64,000 nt of DNA from Octopus vulgaris (GCA_951406725.2 OX597814.1:134106001-134170000), one strand, 5' to 3'; positions 1-12,985 are shown, counted from the stretch's first letter. The notes: generated from the letters alone by a model not told the origin. Program-made: numbers and translations.

Positions 1-1136
1 AAATGTAAATAATATAAATAATGTACATGACTGTGTTATCCATGTATCTTAACCATCCTGCACATTTTAGCGATAGAAAAACTTACTCAAGTTTTTCAAA
101 GTACTCTGTGTAAACATTAGCCATTATTGTCGACAATGATGAACTCCTAACCATCTCTTCCTTGTGTTAGTATATTTCATTTTTGATCTAGAAGTTAGCC
201 GTACTTAACCAAAGTGTTAATATCTGCATGATGTTATCAGCCGGTAATTTCGTGCATTCAATGTGACTTTGTTTGTTTGGGGGAAAGAGGGCTTTGTTGG
301 GGCTTTTTTGTTGTTGCTGTTGTTGTTTTATTAATTGTTATTCTTTCTAGTCTGGTTCTGATAACCGATAACGCCTCGCCAATTGAATCCGTTGTAAATT
401 TGCTCAGCAAATCAAGGCCGAACATTTGGCCATGATCGGCATTTAAAATTGTCTTCTAAATTTAAATTTAATAGTATTTTATGTAAATGTGAAATGGGAA
501 TCTACAGATGTTACAACTCTTGTCATTAATTATTCCAAACTTTGCCACTTGACTCTGAATACGTTTTGTAAAGACAATGGATGGACAGAATAATATTCAG
601 TGCTTTCCTATCACCCTCGCTAAACATGCAAAAGAAGATGAACTCAACGCTGCAAGGTGACGAACGACGAACTAATATAATCTCCCTTATCGTAAATTCC
701 TTACAAACATTTATATTTATTTATTTATTTTTGATAATTGATATCCCCTCAATATTCCTATTCGAGAACCTGATAGGAATGATTGGACCAAGCCTCACCA
801 ACTATCGCAGTCACATTATGGAATCATCATCCTATATATAATAATGGGACGTTTTATTGCACAAATTGCATCGTATATAGAGGTAGAGAGAGTAAAAGAG
901 ACATGCAGAAAGAATTAACATAAAAGGAGCAGGATTGTGTGTCATAACTTCGAGGAAAACACGCGTTTTCTTTTTCTTTTTTATGAATTTTTACAAAGAT
1001 AGGTTTCCAAAGGTGTAGATTGCAATTATGCTGAAAAATTTAGAAAAGTAATAACATATATTATTGCAAACAAAATAGTCAATTGTTTTGTTCTCTTTTC
1101 GAAATTAGTGTTCATTTCATTATTTTGTGCACAATA

Positions 1137-4100
1137 GGTGCAGGCGTGGCTATGTGGTAAGAAGCTTGCTTCCAGTCGTTAACTGAAGCCAGTGTTGTTT
1201 TTGCTCCGTAAGGAATTTTATTGCTTTATATTGGATTTGTTACTGTTGGACTTGTTAATGTATTTTTTGGATTGTTATTATTGCTGAACTTTGTGCTGTT
1301 GTCCGGTGTACCGGGTGATAGAAATTGTCATTTCTTTTTGTAGCTATTGTGGCAATTTTTAAACAAAATATTGCAAGAAAAAATTGGACTTGTTAAAGTC
1401 GCTTTAGACTTTATTTTTGTGCACCGCACTATGCGGGGACGGGATTTGAACTATTGTCAAAAAATTTATAAACTGTTTTTACAAAAATTATTATAGGTTT
1501 TACTTGTGGAAAACCGATTTTTGTTATATTTTCTTGTATAATTAATTTCGACTGAGCATGTCGTCCGAAGTTATACATGAAAAATGCACTCCCGAAGAGA
1601 GTAATGTTAACTCTGTTAGAAAGTTTTCGACGGTTGCCGCTGTGGCAACCGAAAACATTGATATTCCTGTAGACAAGCTACAGGAATATTTCAAGAGAAT
1701 GAAAGAGGAAGATGGGGATATAAAAATATCACCCTCCTTCAAGACGGTTGAAACGGACAGAAAAGCAATAATATTTAAATCGTTCTGTCCAAAAAACAAA
1801 CGATTTAAACATTTCGAAAAGGAGAAAATTGAAAAATGTCTTGCCCCGATTTGGAAGGACGTAGTGTATATTGCGAGGAGCAAGACATATAGCACCTTTG
1901 AAGTGCTGTTCGCGTCTGAGGAGAAGGCCCGCGGGTTCTCTGTAAGCCCTCTAAAAACAGACGATGTGGTGCTTCTGCCAACCTACATGGGAAGAAGGAC
2001 TTTTCGTGTAAAGGTAACAGAAGTACCACAAGAAGTCGACCCGAGAGAGGTGATGGCCGCCCTGTTGTTTAACAGGCGGACAAAATCCAATTTCTCCCGA
2101 TTACATGCTTTGCTCCGCAGAATTGGCTCGGGCAGAGCATCTCGGCAATCATTCAGGGGGCCCAGGAAGACATTGAAATGCTTCCAGACAGGGTACTTGT
2201 GGGTAAGAAATATTGAAAATCTCTGTCGAAGGCAAAAACCCACCTGTTTCGAATGTGGCAAAAAGGAACACATTCTGGCAGATTTTGATTTTAAATAAAA
2301 AGGATAAAACGCAGACACTAGGACCTTCAAACAAAAAAAATACCCCTACTCCCACACTTGCACCAACCCACACAAAGATAAAAACTCCCACTCACCCCTT
2401 GCTGCGGTGCCAATACCCAAACAGGATACTGGAAATACAAACATCCCAACCCCTACACACACAAGCCCCTACGGAAATAAAAATACCCACTCCCTTAAAA
2501 CCTGAGGCACCTGAAAACAGAAACGCAACTTCTCAGACGATACCATGGAAGTATCCGAGGACGAGTTTACGGTGGTAGGCAAGCGTACAGTGACACCATC
2601 CCCATCTACATGCCCTACAAAGAAAACAGACACAACACCACAGAAATTTTTAAAAAAGACCCCGCCCAGCTCTCTCCGCAGAGAAAAACATACTAGTGGA
2701 ATTTGACAATAAGCACGATTATACCTGTAGTATCCTAGCGATACATCATCTCACCACCAAACTTTATCCAGTACATAAGGATTTGAATAAACAATGTGCC
2801 TGAATAGGGGAAACCCTATACAGACAACTGAAGGACAGGAATCCAACAACCATATGGAGGATTGTAGACCTGCCCAGCTATCTGAAGACGGAGGAGAAGG
2901 AAGGGGCCGCTTCACATATGGTGAAATCGGCTCCAATCTGTCCAGTAAAGGGCAAGTAGGACCTTTGCCTTTTATATAATAGCCTTACTTAACCTTGGTT
3001 GTTTGAATGTGAATGATCTGAGTTCGAAGTGGAAGCAGGCTTGTTTCCTCGACGATCTCAAATCACAAGATATACATGTGATGGTTGCTACAAAGACCAA
3101 GTTGAACAGTCTACAAACCTTCTCGCCTCTCCTGAATGGCTATGAGAAAATCATTCTCCTGGCCTGACCGGAGGGCGTGGTGGTGTAGTGGTACCGATCC
3201 GTAAAGACTTGGCTCTGTAGACAAGTACAGTCTATGTGGACCCTATATGGATGACATCTCCATCATCGTGGCGGATGAGGGCCAGCTTCCAGTAGTGGAA
3301 GAAGCCAGCCATCAAAAATTACGAGGCGGTGGCAGGAGCAAAGGTTAACAAGGGCAAGTCAGTCGGTTTGCAACTCGGCACCTGGAAGGACAAGCCGATA
3401 ACGTCCAATAACGTCGTCGGGCATTGGACGGAAGGTCCTGTTAAGCTGCACAGAGTTTGGTTTGGTCCAGACCTTCTGATAGAGAAAAATTGGAGTGAGG
3501 TAACCATCAAGGTGACTGCTGTAACCCAGACCTTGTCTAAGCGGGCGTTATCCTTGCTGGGAAAGGCGGAGGTGGTGCAAATGTTTATAGCATCAGTTAT
3601 CACCTACCGTCTGACCGTGGTGCCTTGTCCCGATTTGTGGCTGAACAAGTTGAAGAGAATCCTTTTCCGCTTTTTGTGGAAGGGAGGAAAGCCACTTGTG
3701 AAGCGCTCTGTCTGCTGCTAGAAACCGCTAATGGGTGGGTTAGGGATGCCTTGGCTGAAGATGCGAAAACTCGCGTTCAGGTTAAGGCACAACTGGCTTT
3801 ACCTGGATGGGGAGCGGGTGTGGTCACCGCACGTCCGGTTCTACCTTCCGCGTTTAACGTCCTTAACGGACATTGGAGCATGGATCAAGCAGAGACCTCG
3901 GCTGGGAGACTGGCAATTGGAGTGCTGACAGGAACTTCAGCTACACTCTCGGGCGTGCAATGCCGGAAGCAGGAGTACCACCGCAGATTTTTAAAGCGGG
4001 TTAGTGGGCTTTATGTCCGAAGACGCCTTGGGGGAGACCCTGGGCCACGATGAAAATCAGTTGATCAACTTGTTCAGGAGAACGTTTGGGTCGGGGTATC

Positions 4101-5188
4101 TGGATAATTGACATAAATCACTGGCTTAGCAGTGCTTCTGTGCGGTGTTACCTGTTCGAGACAAACTGTCAAGGCACGGAAGTGCCGTCTCCCCGACATG
4201 TCCGATGTGCAGGCAGGATAGGGAAACCATCTTGCACGCATTTGTGGAGTGTCCGGAATTGAATGGGAATGATAGTTTTCGAAGAACAACTGTTGTCATC
4301 GATGGGAAGAGTACAGCTATCGACTGAGTCTGTCATCGAGATTGTACTGCCTCCCTCCCTTAACAGAGAAAGGAAGACTTTTTTTTCTGCGTAGTAGCCA
4401 TACTGAAAGAAACTGTATGGAAGACGCATGTAAGAGGAATAGTGACAGGTACCTTCGTCTCCGGCCAGGGGTTGGTAAACTTCTTTAGTTACCACCTCAT
4501 AAGTTAGATCAGGCTGGAGAAGATGTGCCTGTCGTTGAGTACATTTGTAAAACGATAGAAGCTTGTAGCAAGCAAGTTGAGAGTGACCGGAACCAGATAA
4601 GTGGGGTCAGTGGTTAAAAGCAAAGTTTCTACCCAGATGGCTGGATTCCTTTCCTTCCTAGGCAAATAGTGGCTTTTTGCAACAATATTTATGTAAATAA
4701 ATTTTTAAATTACATCTGTAATCATATCATTCATACGAACATTAATTTTTAAACAATAAGTAGCTTCTTCATCCTTTGTGTTTGTCTGTCCTTCTTCGTC
4801 CCATCTGTGTACTGCCTTTATGGCAAATTTCATGAAATAAAAAACCTTGCTTCCCAACCACGTGGTTCCAGGTTCAGTCCACTGCGTAGAACCTTGGGTG
4901 AGTGTCTTCTAGTATAGCCTCGAGCTGATCAAAGTCCTGTAGCAGATTTCGTGAACGGAAACTAAAAGAAGCCCGTCGCGTGTATGTGTGTATCTGTGTT
5001 TATTTCCCACCACTGCTTGACAACCGGTGCTGGTATGTTTATGTCTCCGTAACTTAGCAGTTCGGTAAAAGACACCGATAGAATAAGTAGCAAACTTTAA
5101 AAAAATAAGTACTGGAATCGATTCATTCGACTAAAGATTCTTCAAGGCTGTGTCCCAACATGACTGAAACAAGTAAAAGATAAAAAAA
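1137..5188 (+). mobile_element. tRNA-headed SINE (family A here) split by a LINE: head 1137-1173, remainder 4846-5188
   Basis: Head ggtgcaggcgtggctatgtggtaagaagcttgcttcc resumes as cttgcttcccaaccacgtggttccaggttcagtcc (B-box-like) after the LINE. Homologous pieces lie at 7563, 43475 and 60476-61311. Tail tgactgaaacaagtaaaaga. Confidence 0.85.
1174..4845 (+). mobile_element. Tx1/L1-clade non-LTR retrotransposon, decayed and internally deleted
   Basis: ORF1 from 1558 has a degenerate zinc knuckle (CFECGKKEH). AP-endonuclease start LNLGCLNVN at ~2990, RT motif YMDD at ~3244, GAKVNKGKS, GGLGMP, and C-terminal zf-RVT LPVRDKL..CPMC..ETILHAFVECP. A-rich 3' end and 9-bp TSD cttgcttcc (1165-1173 / 4846-4854). 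Confidence 0.9.
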
Positions 5189-5920
5189 GGCGGTAAACAG
5201 TCAGAATTGTTAGCGTGTCGGAGAAAATGCCATATTTCCTTATACTAACAATGGTGATCCAGAGTTACTCGTCATATGACGGGTCATGAGAAACAAATAC
5301 CATGTAACACGAGAGAGAAAATGAAGGAGAAAATGGAACAGAGATAGAACATAGATATAGATATAAGAGAAAGAGGTTATGTTGTCATGGAGGTAATATG
5401 AGAAGTAGAGAACTATAGATACATAGAAAGAGGGAAGAGGAGAGTGATGGTTATATAATGGTGATTTATTTACATTTTTATTACTCTTCTCCGTTAGCAA
5501 CTTAAAGAGTTCGGTTATCGATTGCAATCTGGCAACAAATTTTTCGTCCCAGTAATCTAGTTTAACCTCTTCATAAACCCAATAGAAAAGTTGATACGTT
5601 TTGAACTGAAACAGGGGAGTTTTTTCTGAACATGCGGAATTTTCGACATTCGAAATATCAAATTCCGAAAACCATTTTGAAATATAAATAAAATATAAAG
5701 TTCGAGAGTGATTCATGATTTATGCTATTAAGATTCATTTTGATAAACCAAAAAAACCTAGTTTAAATTTCTATATATTTCCAGTCCTTACTTGACCCAA
5801 TTTTAAATAAACCGGTTTCATCCCATCTATGTCGTATTTGCTCACATAATGAGTCCATTCCGAATTCTTATTGAGTGAACTTATGCCGTTTATGTAATTT
5901 ATGGCTTAATTTTAGGAGGT

Positions 5921-6118
5921 TAAGGCGGCAAGCTGGAACACTCGTTAGCACGCCGTACAAAATTCTTAGCGGTATTTCTTCCGGTTTTCAAATTCCGCCG
6001 AGGTCAAACTTAACTTTTCATCCTTTCGGGATCAATAAGTACCAGTTAAGCACTGGGGTCGATGTAATTGAAAAGCTCCTCTCCCAAAATTTCAGGCCTG
6101 GTGCCTATAGTAGAGAAA
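5921..6118 (+). mobile_element. tRNA-headed SINE (family B here)
   Basis: aaggcggcaagctgg...ttcaaattccgccgaggtc...catcctttcggg..taagtaccagt..cactggggtcgatgtaat...aatttcaggcc.gtgcctatagtag; many homologous copies in the window. Confidence 0.85.
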
Positions 6119-7755
6119 AATTTGGAAAACGGTAGCATTGATTTCACCTCAAAATGCCACGTCTTCCATAATATAACAATGAATACTAATAAGGATCGCA
6201 GTGGATTTAAATTCGAAAGGACAACTGAGATTACCGAGATGTATTACACCTAAAATAACTTCGCTCAGCCACAAGTCAAAACAGACAAAAATTCTTTTGT
6301 ATTGTATGAAGATATTGTAGAAAATTGCGAAACCGTTACCATAAATAGAATGTGTTGTTTATGTTGTAAATGTAGGAGGGATATATTCATTTTGGTGCAT
6401 GATTTTTGTGTAGCTATTCGTGATTAAGTATGTTTAAGTTAGTTATCAGTTTGATCTATCACTTTACTAAGACTTCTAAATATAAAGACCACAGGTAAAC
6501 ACTAATGTTTCGATAAACACTGTGTGTCACGATAAGTTAACACAATTTTGGTCTCCCATCAATTTTGAAATACTATTACAAATTTCTATTCAAAACAAAA
6601 GTACGTTAATACAATAATGGTCTCTAATTTACTAAAGACGTATTTTGTGAGATTCCAACGTCAATTTATCTATCCACCTACACACAGCTATTAATAAATA
6701 CATAGGATGACCGAAACGAAAGTAAACATTCAAAGAAACAGTCTGTTGCAACTCACCTACGTGAACTTCATATTGGTTTTGAATTCTGGTCGGAGTATCG
6801 TGTTATAACCTCCAAAAACACCGCACTGCTCCCTTCCGCTTCAATTAACCTATAATCGATTTTTAATACAGTTCAAACGTTGCTTGAATCCATGCTGGTT
6901 TATAGATGATTAATAATTGGTGGAATGTTTTGAAAAAAAGGTCGCATTGATGTGTATTTCCAGTTGCAGACAGTATTACACTGATGTAGCTTAGTTTGAG
7001 ATAAGTGACTATTTAGCTAGATAAGTTTGTTATAGGTAGAGCCGCATATCTGTCAACTTGTATTGTATTATGTGTGTGCGCGCGCGATGAAAATTAACCC
7101 AACTAGTACGTTTAAATAAACTATTACCACAGTCTTATTAAGTGTTACAAGGCATTTTAAGGTGGATTCAACTTCGGAGAGAGTGCGGTGTGTATATCAA
7201 TTTTCAAATGCTTCCAAAATATTAAAAGAGAACATTGTATGATAGACCCCGAGGAGTGAGAGAGAGAGAAAGAGAAACAGAGACAGACAGAGACAGAGAT
7301 TGAGACACATTTGAAAACATATATTTATATATTAGTAAGTTACCAATTTTAAATACATACCAATGAAGAAGTTTTCTGCTAAAGAGCCAAAACTTCCTTA
7401 GGTCATGTTCTACGATTTTAAATAATATATTCGATAATATAGTCACCGAGGTGTCCATTATAAGGCGTTGCTGCAGATGGAATGTTTTTGATTATATGTC
7501 TGCTCAGTCAGGATTGACTTGAGACACACTAGCAGCAACACTGACAGACTGAAATATTCCTAGGTGCAGACATAGCTGTATGGTTAAGAAGTTTACTTTC
7601 AAACTAAATGTTTCGGGTTCTATCTCAATGCATGGTAAAATGGGCAATTGTCTTATATTGTCGCCTCTGATCGATTAATACTTTGTCTGGAATTCGGAGG
7701 ACGGAAGCCGTGCAGAAGCCCGTCATACCCACACACACACACACACACACACATG

Positions 7756-7819
<64 letters not shown>

Positions 7820-7906
7820 TAGACATGGCCTGGACAATCTTTGGTCGAAACATATCTAAGTTTATCTAAGTTTATCTAAGTATATATATATATATATATA
7901 TCAATG

Positions 7907-7967
<61 letters not shown>

Positions 7968-7971
7968 GTAT

Positions 7972-8125
7972 AGTTCAAATTTACAGAAAACGAAAGACGA
8001 AGACAGGTGTAGGAACAACAAGCAGAAGAATGGATAAGTATTTTACGTTTCGAGCCTACGGTCTTCGACAGAAAGGATTAAGAGGAAAAAACGGAGAGAG
8101 ACAAAAAAAAATGTGTAGAGATTAA
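7972..8125 (-). mobile_element. Short dispersed repeat with hammerhead-like motif (probable Penelope pLTR remnant)
   Basis: Shares acgtttcgagccta.g.tcttc.acagaaa with 16543-16580, 32038-32076 and, inverted, 49270-49305. Starts tagttcaaatttacagaaa like the copy at ~31949. Confidence 0.6.
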
Positions 8126-8134
8126 CAGTTCAAC

Positions 8135-8343
8135 AGTTCTAGGCACAAATCCCGAAACTTTGGGGGAGGGGGCTAGTCGATTAGATCGACCCCAGTACGC
8201 AACTGGTACTTGATTTATCGACTTCGAAAGGATGAAACGCAAAGTCGACCTCGGCGGCATCTCAACTCAGAAAGTAAAGACAGACGAAATTCTGCTGAGG
8301 ATTTCTTCCGGTGTGCTAACGTTTCTGCTAGCTCGCCACCTTA
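8135..8343 (-). mobile_element. SINE family B copy
   Basis: Reverse complement of the family B consensus (cgaccccagtacgcaactggtact...aaagtcgacctcggcgg...gctcgccacctt). Confidence 0.85.
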
Positions 8344-8344
8344 A

Positions 8345-8432
<88 letters not shown>

Positions 8433-9348
8433 AGTGTGTGTGGAAGCAGTACAACAGACGTGTTTTAGTATTTTTTCGTGTTAGTGTTTACGTGTACGCC
8501 AAAAGACCTGTTTTGTTTCGAAATAGTAACTTTGCCAATCATCTAAAATATGATTAAAATAAGTATATGGGTCGCTATATTCGACTAAAAGCTCTCTGAA
8601 AGCGATGCCCCAGCATGGCCGCAAATCAATGACTGAAACCGGTAGAAGGATAAATGAATATCTCGTCACAGTTACGAATATTTGCGATTTAACTCTAAAA
8701 TATCATCATATAAACAATCAAGTTGCATTAACGTTGGTCTTTGTAGCTGCATCTGGTTTATAGGACAAGTATTTGCGGTATTATATGACAGTCGCTAACA
8801 ATTGCCTGAAGGTTTTTGAGTTTTTTCATCGAGTAAATTGGATATTTCAATTAATTAGGTTTCTTGTTTGTTTTGCATATGGCATTCAGCCCATTATCTC
8901 CTTTTAACTTAACGAGTTGTATTGAAGATCTTTTGATAGTCACTTAATTTTTAGTGGGGTTTGGGCGATACAGACTGTCAATATTACTTTATTCAGATAT
9001 GAAATATATTTAACATTTAAGTGGTTCCAAAACCTAAAAATACCATAGTACCATTTCAATCCAATGTTTAAGTTAATAGCAACCATAATTATAATTATAC
9101 ATGGATTTTTCTAATTACACATTATTAAAATATACTTCATTAATTTTATATGCCTCATTAGATATTCAATATTATTGTCAATTCCCTTTCAGTTCATCAT
9201 GATGATCATCTTTTAGTATAGATTTCATTTCATGCAATTATATTTGCTCTATATTTCGATTTTAAAAGAAGTAAAAGTCACATTTTTATACACATTGTGT
9301 TTTTTCAGCATTTTACTTCATTCTTACTTTTTAGGAATAGCATACAGT

Positions 9349-9439
<91 letters not shown>

Positions 9440-9558
9440 GTGTTTCTCTCTCTCGCGCTCTCTCTCTCTATATATCTATCTAACTATCTACCTATCTTTT
9501 ATTTCACACTCGCTCTGTTTTCCACTCTGTCTTCCCCCATTTCTCACTCTGCATACAA

Positions 9559-9642
<84 letters not shown>

Positions 9643-9819
9643 GTAAAGAAAAAAGGCGAGGAGTGGGTTGCGTGGATGAGGCTGTATATCGCTAGACTCG
9701 AAAATTTCCAGAATACACCACTGATGACGTATCCAACATGCACTTATAGGTATATAAAGAACTATTAATACATACATATGTGCGCGCCCGCATGTGTGTG
9801 TGCGTGTGTGTGTGTGCTT

Positions 9820-10308
9820 AGACTAAATTTTGACCGGCTTATCGACTTGGTAGAAAGGTTGTGAAAGAAAGTATCTTGATTTAACCATCATTCTTTAAAT
9901 TTTAAGAAGGTCTTGTAGATTCTTATAGTCCCGCATATCATGATCATTTGTAGCGTCAGAATTAAGCATTTGCATTCTTTCCCAAAGATTCCAAGTTCAG
10001 ACATACTTTGCTCCAGACGGTTGCTCCAGTAATAATGGAAATGAAGCTGAAAGTGTATCTTGGGTACTGGATTTGCAAACTCCTTATCAATGGTCCATAT
10101 ATGTCCTCTTTCTAATATATTTTTCTAACTATATTCGTGTCCGAGGAGCAGCTGATTTCCACACAGAACATATCTTTTCTTTGTGTTCCCACACAATGAT
10201 ACCAGGCCGGTTGTTTTAACTTGGTGGTTGTTTTAATTTTTAAGTTCCAACAGTATTCTTTTCACCCATCGGCCTCAACATGGTCAATTTCATTTATAGG
10301 TATTCTCT

Positions 10309-10311
<3 letters not shown>
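9820..10311 (-). mobile_element. 3' fragment of an R4/Dong/NeSL-type LINE with restriction-like endonuclease
   Basis: Frameshifted minus-strand translation gives NNRPGIIVW...EDIYGPLIRSLQIQYPRYTFSFISIITGA...GTIRIYKTFLKF, paralogous to the 10499-10762 ORF. Confidence 0.65.
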
Positions 10312-10340
<29 letters not shown>

Positions 10341-10394
10341 TGTATGTATGTATGTATGTATGTATGTATGTATGTATGTATGTATGTATGTATG

Positions 10395-10860
10395 TCTCCT
10401 CTGTATTTAATTCTTTAAATTCTTCCTCTAGAGAAGAAGCTGGTTTCAAACAAGATTACATTAGCTCCATCTTTGGAATGCAGCTAACGAAAAGAATGTC
10501 ACAGTTTAAATCTGAGAAAAGTCTTGCATAGTTTTACTGTTCCGCTTACAGATTGTATATGCAATGTGCGAATCAGTTGGTTGATTTCTTTTCCTGAAAA
10601 TTGAAGCTTATCCAAACTGTCAAGATATTTACTTACAAAACCAAGTGATCCTATTATTATTGGCATAAATGTAAATTTGTGAACCGGATATTGAAGCTGG
10701 AGGTGGCGAAGCAGTTGTCCAATTTTATCTTCTTTCTCTTTGACTTTCAGAGAGATATTCACAGCAGGACAGCTGACCTCTATGATGGTACTTGCTTTTT
10801 CTTATCTGTCCCAAACAACATTATCCCGTCTGTTAAGTTTACAATTGAAAGTATTCCTTG
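10395..10860 (-). mobile_element. Second 3' fragment of an R4/Dong/NeSL-type LINE
   Basis: NRRDNVVWD..IIEVSCPA.NISLKVKEKEDKIGQL...FMPIIIGSLG matches the PD..(D/E)..K..KY-type REL endonuclease C-terminus. Flanked on both sides by (TATG)n. Confidence 0.75.
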
Positions 10861-11044
10861 TATGTATGTATGTATGTATGTATGTATGTACGTATGTATG
10901 TATGTATGTATGTATGTATAATATATGCATATAAGAAAAAAAGATATATACATATATACAGATATTTTTCTGCACTTTTGAATAGACCATCATTCGCTGA
11001 CATGAGGACGATAGAAAAAAAATCGAATACCTTCTATTTATAGA

Positions 11045-12985
11045 AGAGATGGCATTTGAACCAACTCTAAATTATATTTATTTAGCTGTGAATAAACTGA
11101 ATAACAATAAGTCTTCGGGGCCTGATGGAATCTGCGCAGAAGTCTTGAAATATGTATGAACTCTTAAATATATTAATTTGTCACTGTTGGAGAACTGAGA
11201 AAGTGCTTCAAGACTGGATTCATGCCATCTTAGTCTCCTTGTATTAACGTGGGCCAAAGGATCTGAATGGTAATTTTTGTGGGATTTCGCTTTTGTCTGT
11301 GGTTGAAAAAGTACTTGCCCGCATTTTGTTAGAACGTTTAAATACCTTCATAGTTCTAAACATAGTGTCTGAGTCTCAGTGTAGTTTTCGTTCCTCCAGG
11401 GGCATAGTTGATTGTATCTTTACTATCAGACAATTTCAAGAAAAGTGCATTGAACAGAGTCTTGCTCTATACCATTGCTGTGTTGATTTGAGCAAACCAC
11501 TCGATACTGTTAATCGAAATTCTTTATGGCTAATTCTAAGGAAAACAGGTTGCCCACAAAAATTTGAGAGCTAGAGTTAACTTTGGTGGTAGGCTCTCTA
11601 AATCTTTTGCTGTGGAGTAAAGCAAGGAGCTCCTTGATGCACCCATACTCTTTGCGATATACTTTGTTGTTGTGTTGTCACATGCTTTTCAAAACTCTGA
11701 AGAGGGTATTTACATAAAACATCGAACAACAGGGAATGTTTTTAATCTGACCAGACTGAAATTCAAAACAAAGGTTTTTACTTCACTCATAAGGGAACTT
11801 TTATACGCTGACGATTGCGATCTTGTCACTATTCTGAAACAGGCCTGTAATCTATTGTATCTGCATTTGACTCGGTTTGTTAGGATTTGGGTTTGACCAT
11901 CAACTTGAAAAAATAGTTGTAATGCATCAACCTGCATGTGGTGCTGTTTGTAACCCACCACTAAAAATTTTGTTAAGTTACTTGAGGTTGTCGATTCGTT
12001 CATCTTCCTTGGAAGCTCTGTATAAAAGGATTCAGAAATACGGATAAAGAAATTTTCTTGATACAGAAATACAGATGCGAATTCAAAGTGCAGCAAAAGC
12101 ACTTGGTTGCTTGGAGTTACGCATTTGGTGCCAGCGACATATAAATAAGCGTACAAAGCTGGCTCTTCACAAATCATTTATCTTACCATCCCTGTTGTAT
12201 TCTTGGGAAACATGGATTTGTTATGAAAGGCATTTTAAATTGTTAGAACAATTCCACCAAAAATGCTTTCATCGCAGGCATCACCTCAATTAAAGCTATG
12301 ATTTTGAGGGACCAAAGGAAATAGTGTGGTCATATTGTTCTAATGGCGGATGAACGCAGGCCAAGCAGCTGTTTTATGGTGAGCTTGCAGAGGGGAAACG
12401 CTATCGGCGTAAACCTAAGAAAAAGTGTAAGGACGGCATAAGGACCACTATGACGTCATTTGGAATGGATCCAGAAGACATAGAAACCCTTGCTTCGGAT
12501 CGAGTTTGATGGCGAACAAAAGTGTGGAGTAGAGTGAAAGCATTTGAAGAGGCCAAGATAACGCATGTAAGACTCAAAAAAAGATCTAAGGAAGAATGTT
12601 ACGTCCGAGAAGGTGAATGACAATGACCTTTTTGTGTGCAGTTTGTGACAGACCATGCCTGTCTTTTGCTGGGCTCAAATCGTATCTGCGAACCCATGGA
12701 AAACGAACCTCCACCAACTATTCTGCCTATATGACTGTGCACACCTTTGAATACAGTGTATGTCAGAAGGTTTGCAAAACTAACGGAGGCATCAAAAGAC
12801 ATTTTAAGATCCACAAAGATCAGAATTTATCTGCAGTTCTTGGTGGTCCAAATCGGATGTACAATATATGTGGGTGTCTTTTCAGGACATTGTCTGGTTT
12901 AAAAAGCCACATCAGATGCCATAATGGTGCTAAGGTGTAGTTACAGGAGGTGGTCAATCTTTACATAAAGAGCAAACAACCACCA
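11045..12985 (+). mobile_element. RTE-clade LINE, 5'-truncated and decayed, with C-terminal C2H2 fingers
   Basis: KSSGPDGI, GISLLSVVEKVLARIL, ESQCSFRSSRGIVDCIFTIRQ, VDLSKPLDTVNR, LLYADD, ILPSLLYSWETW, KQLFYGEL. Three C2H2 fingers at 12617-12940. Confidence 0.9.

Noticed and set aside
9717-9765. Further CTGATGA/CTGAAGA hits at 9721, 30067 (-), 39594, 41665 and 46379 as hammerheads
   Set aside because: No properly placed GAAA with stems II and III could be built.
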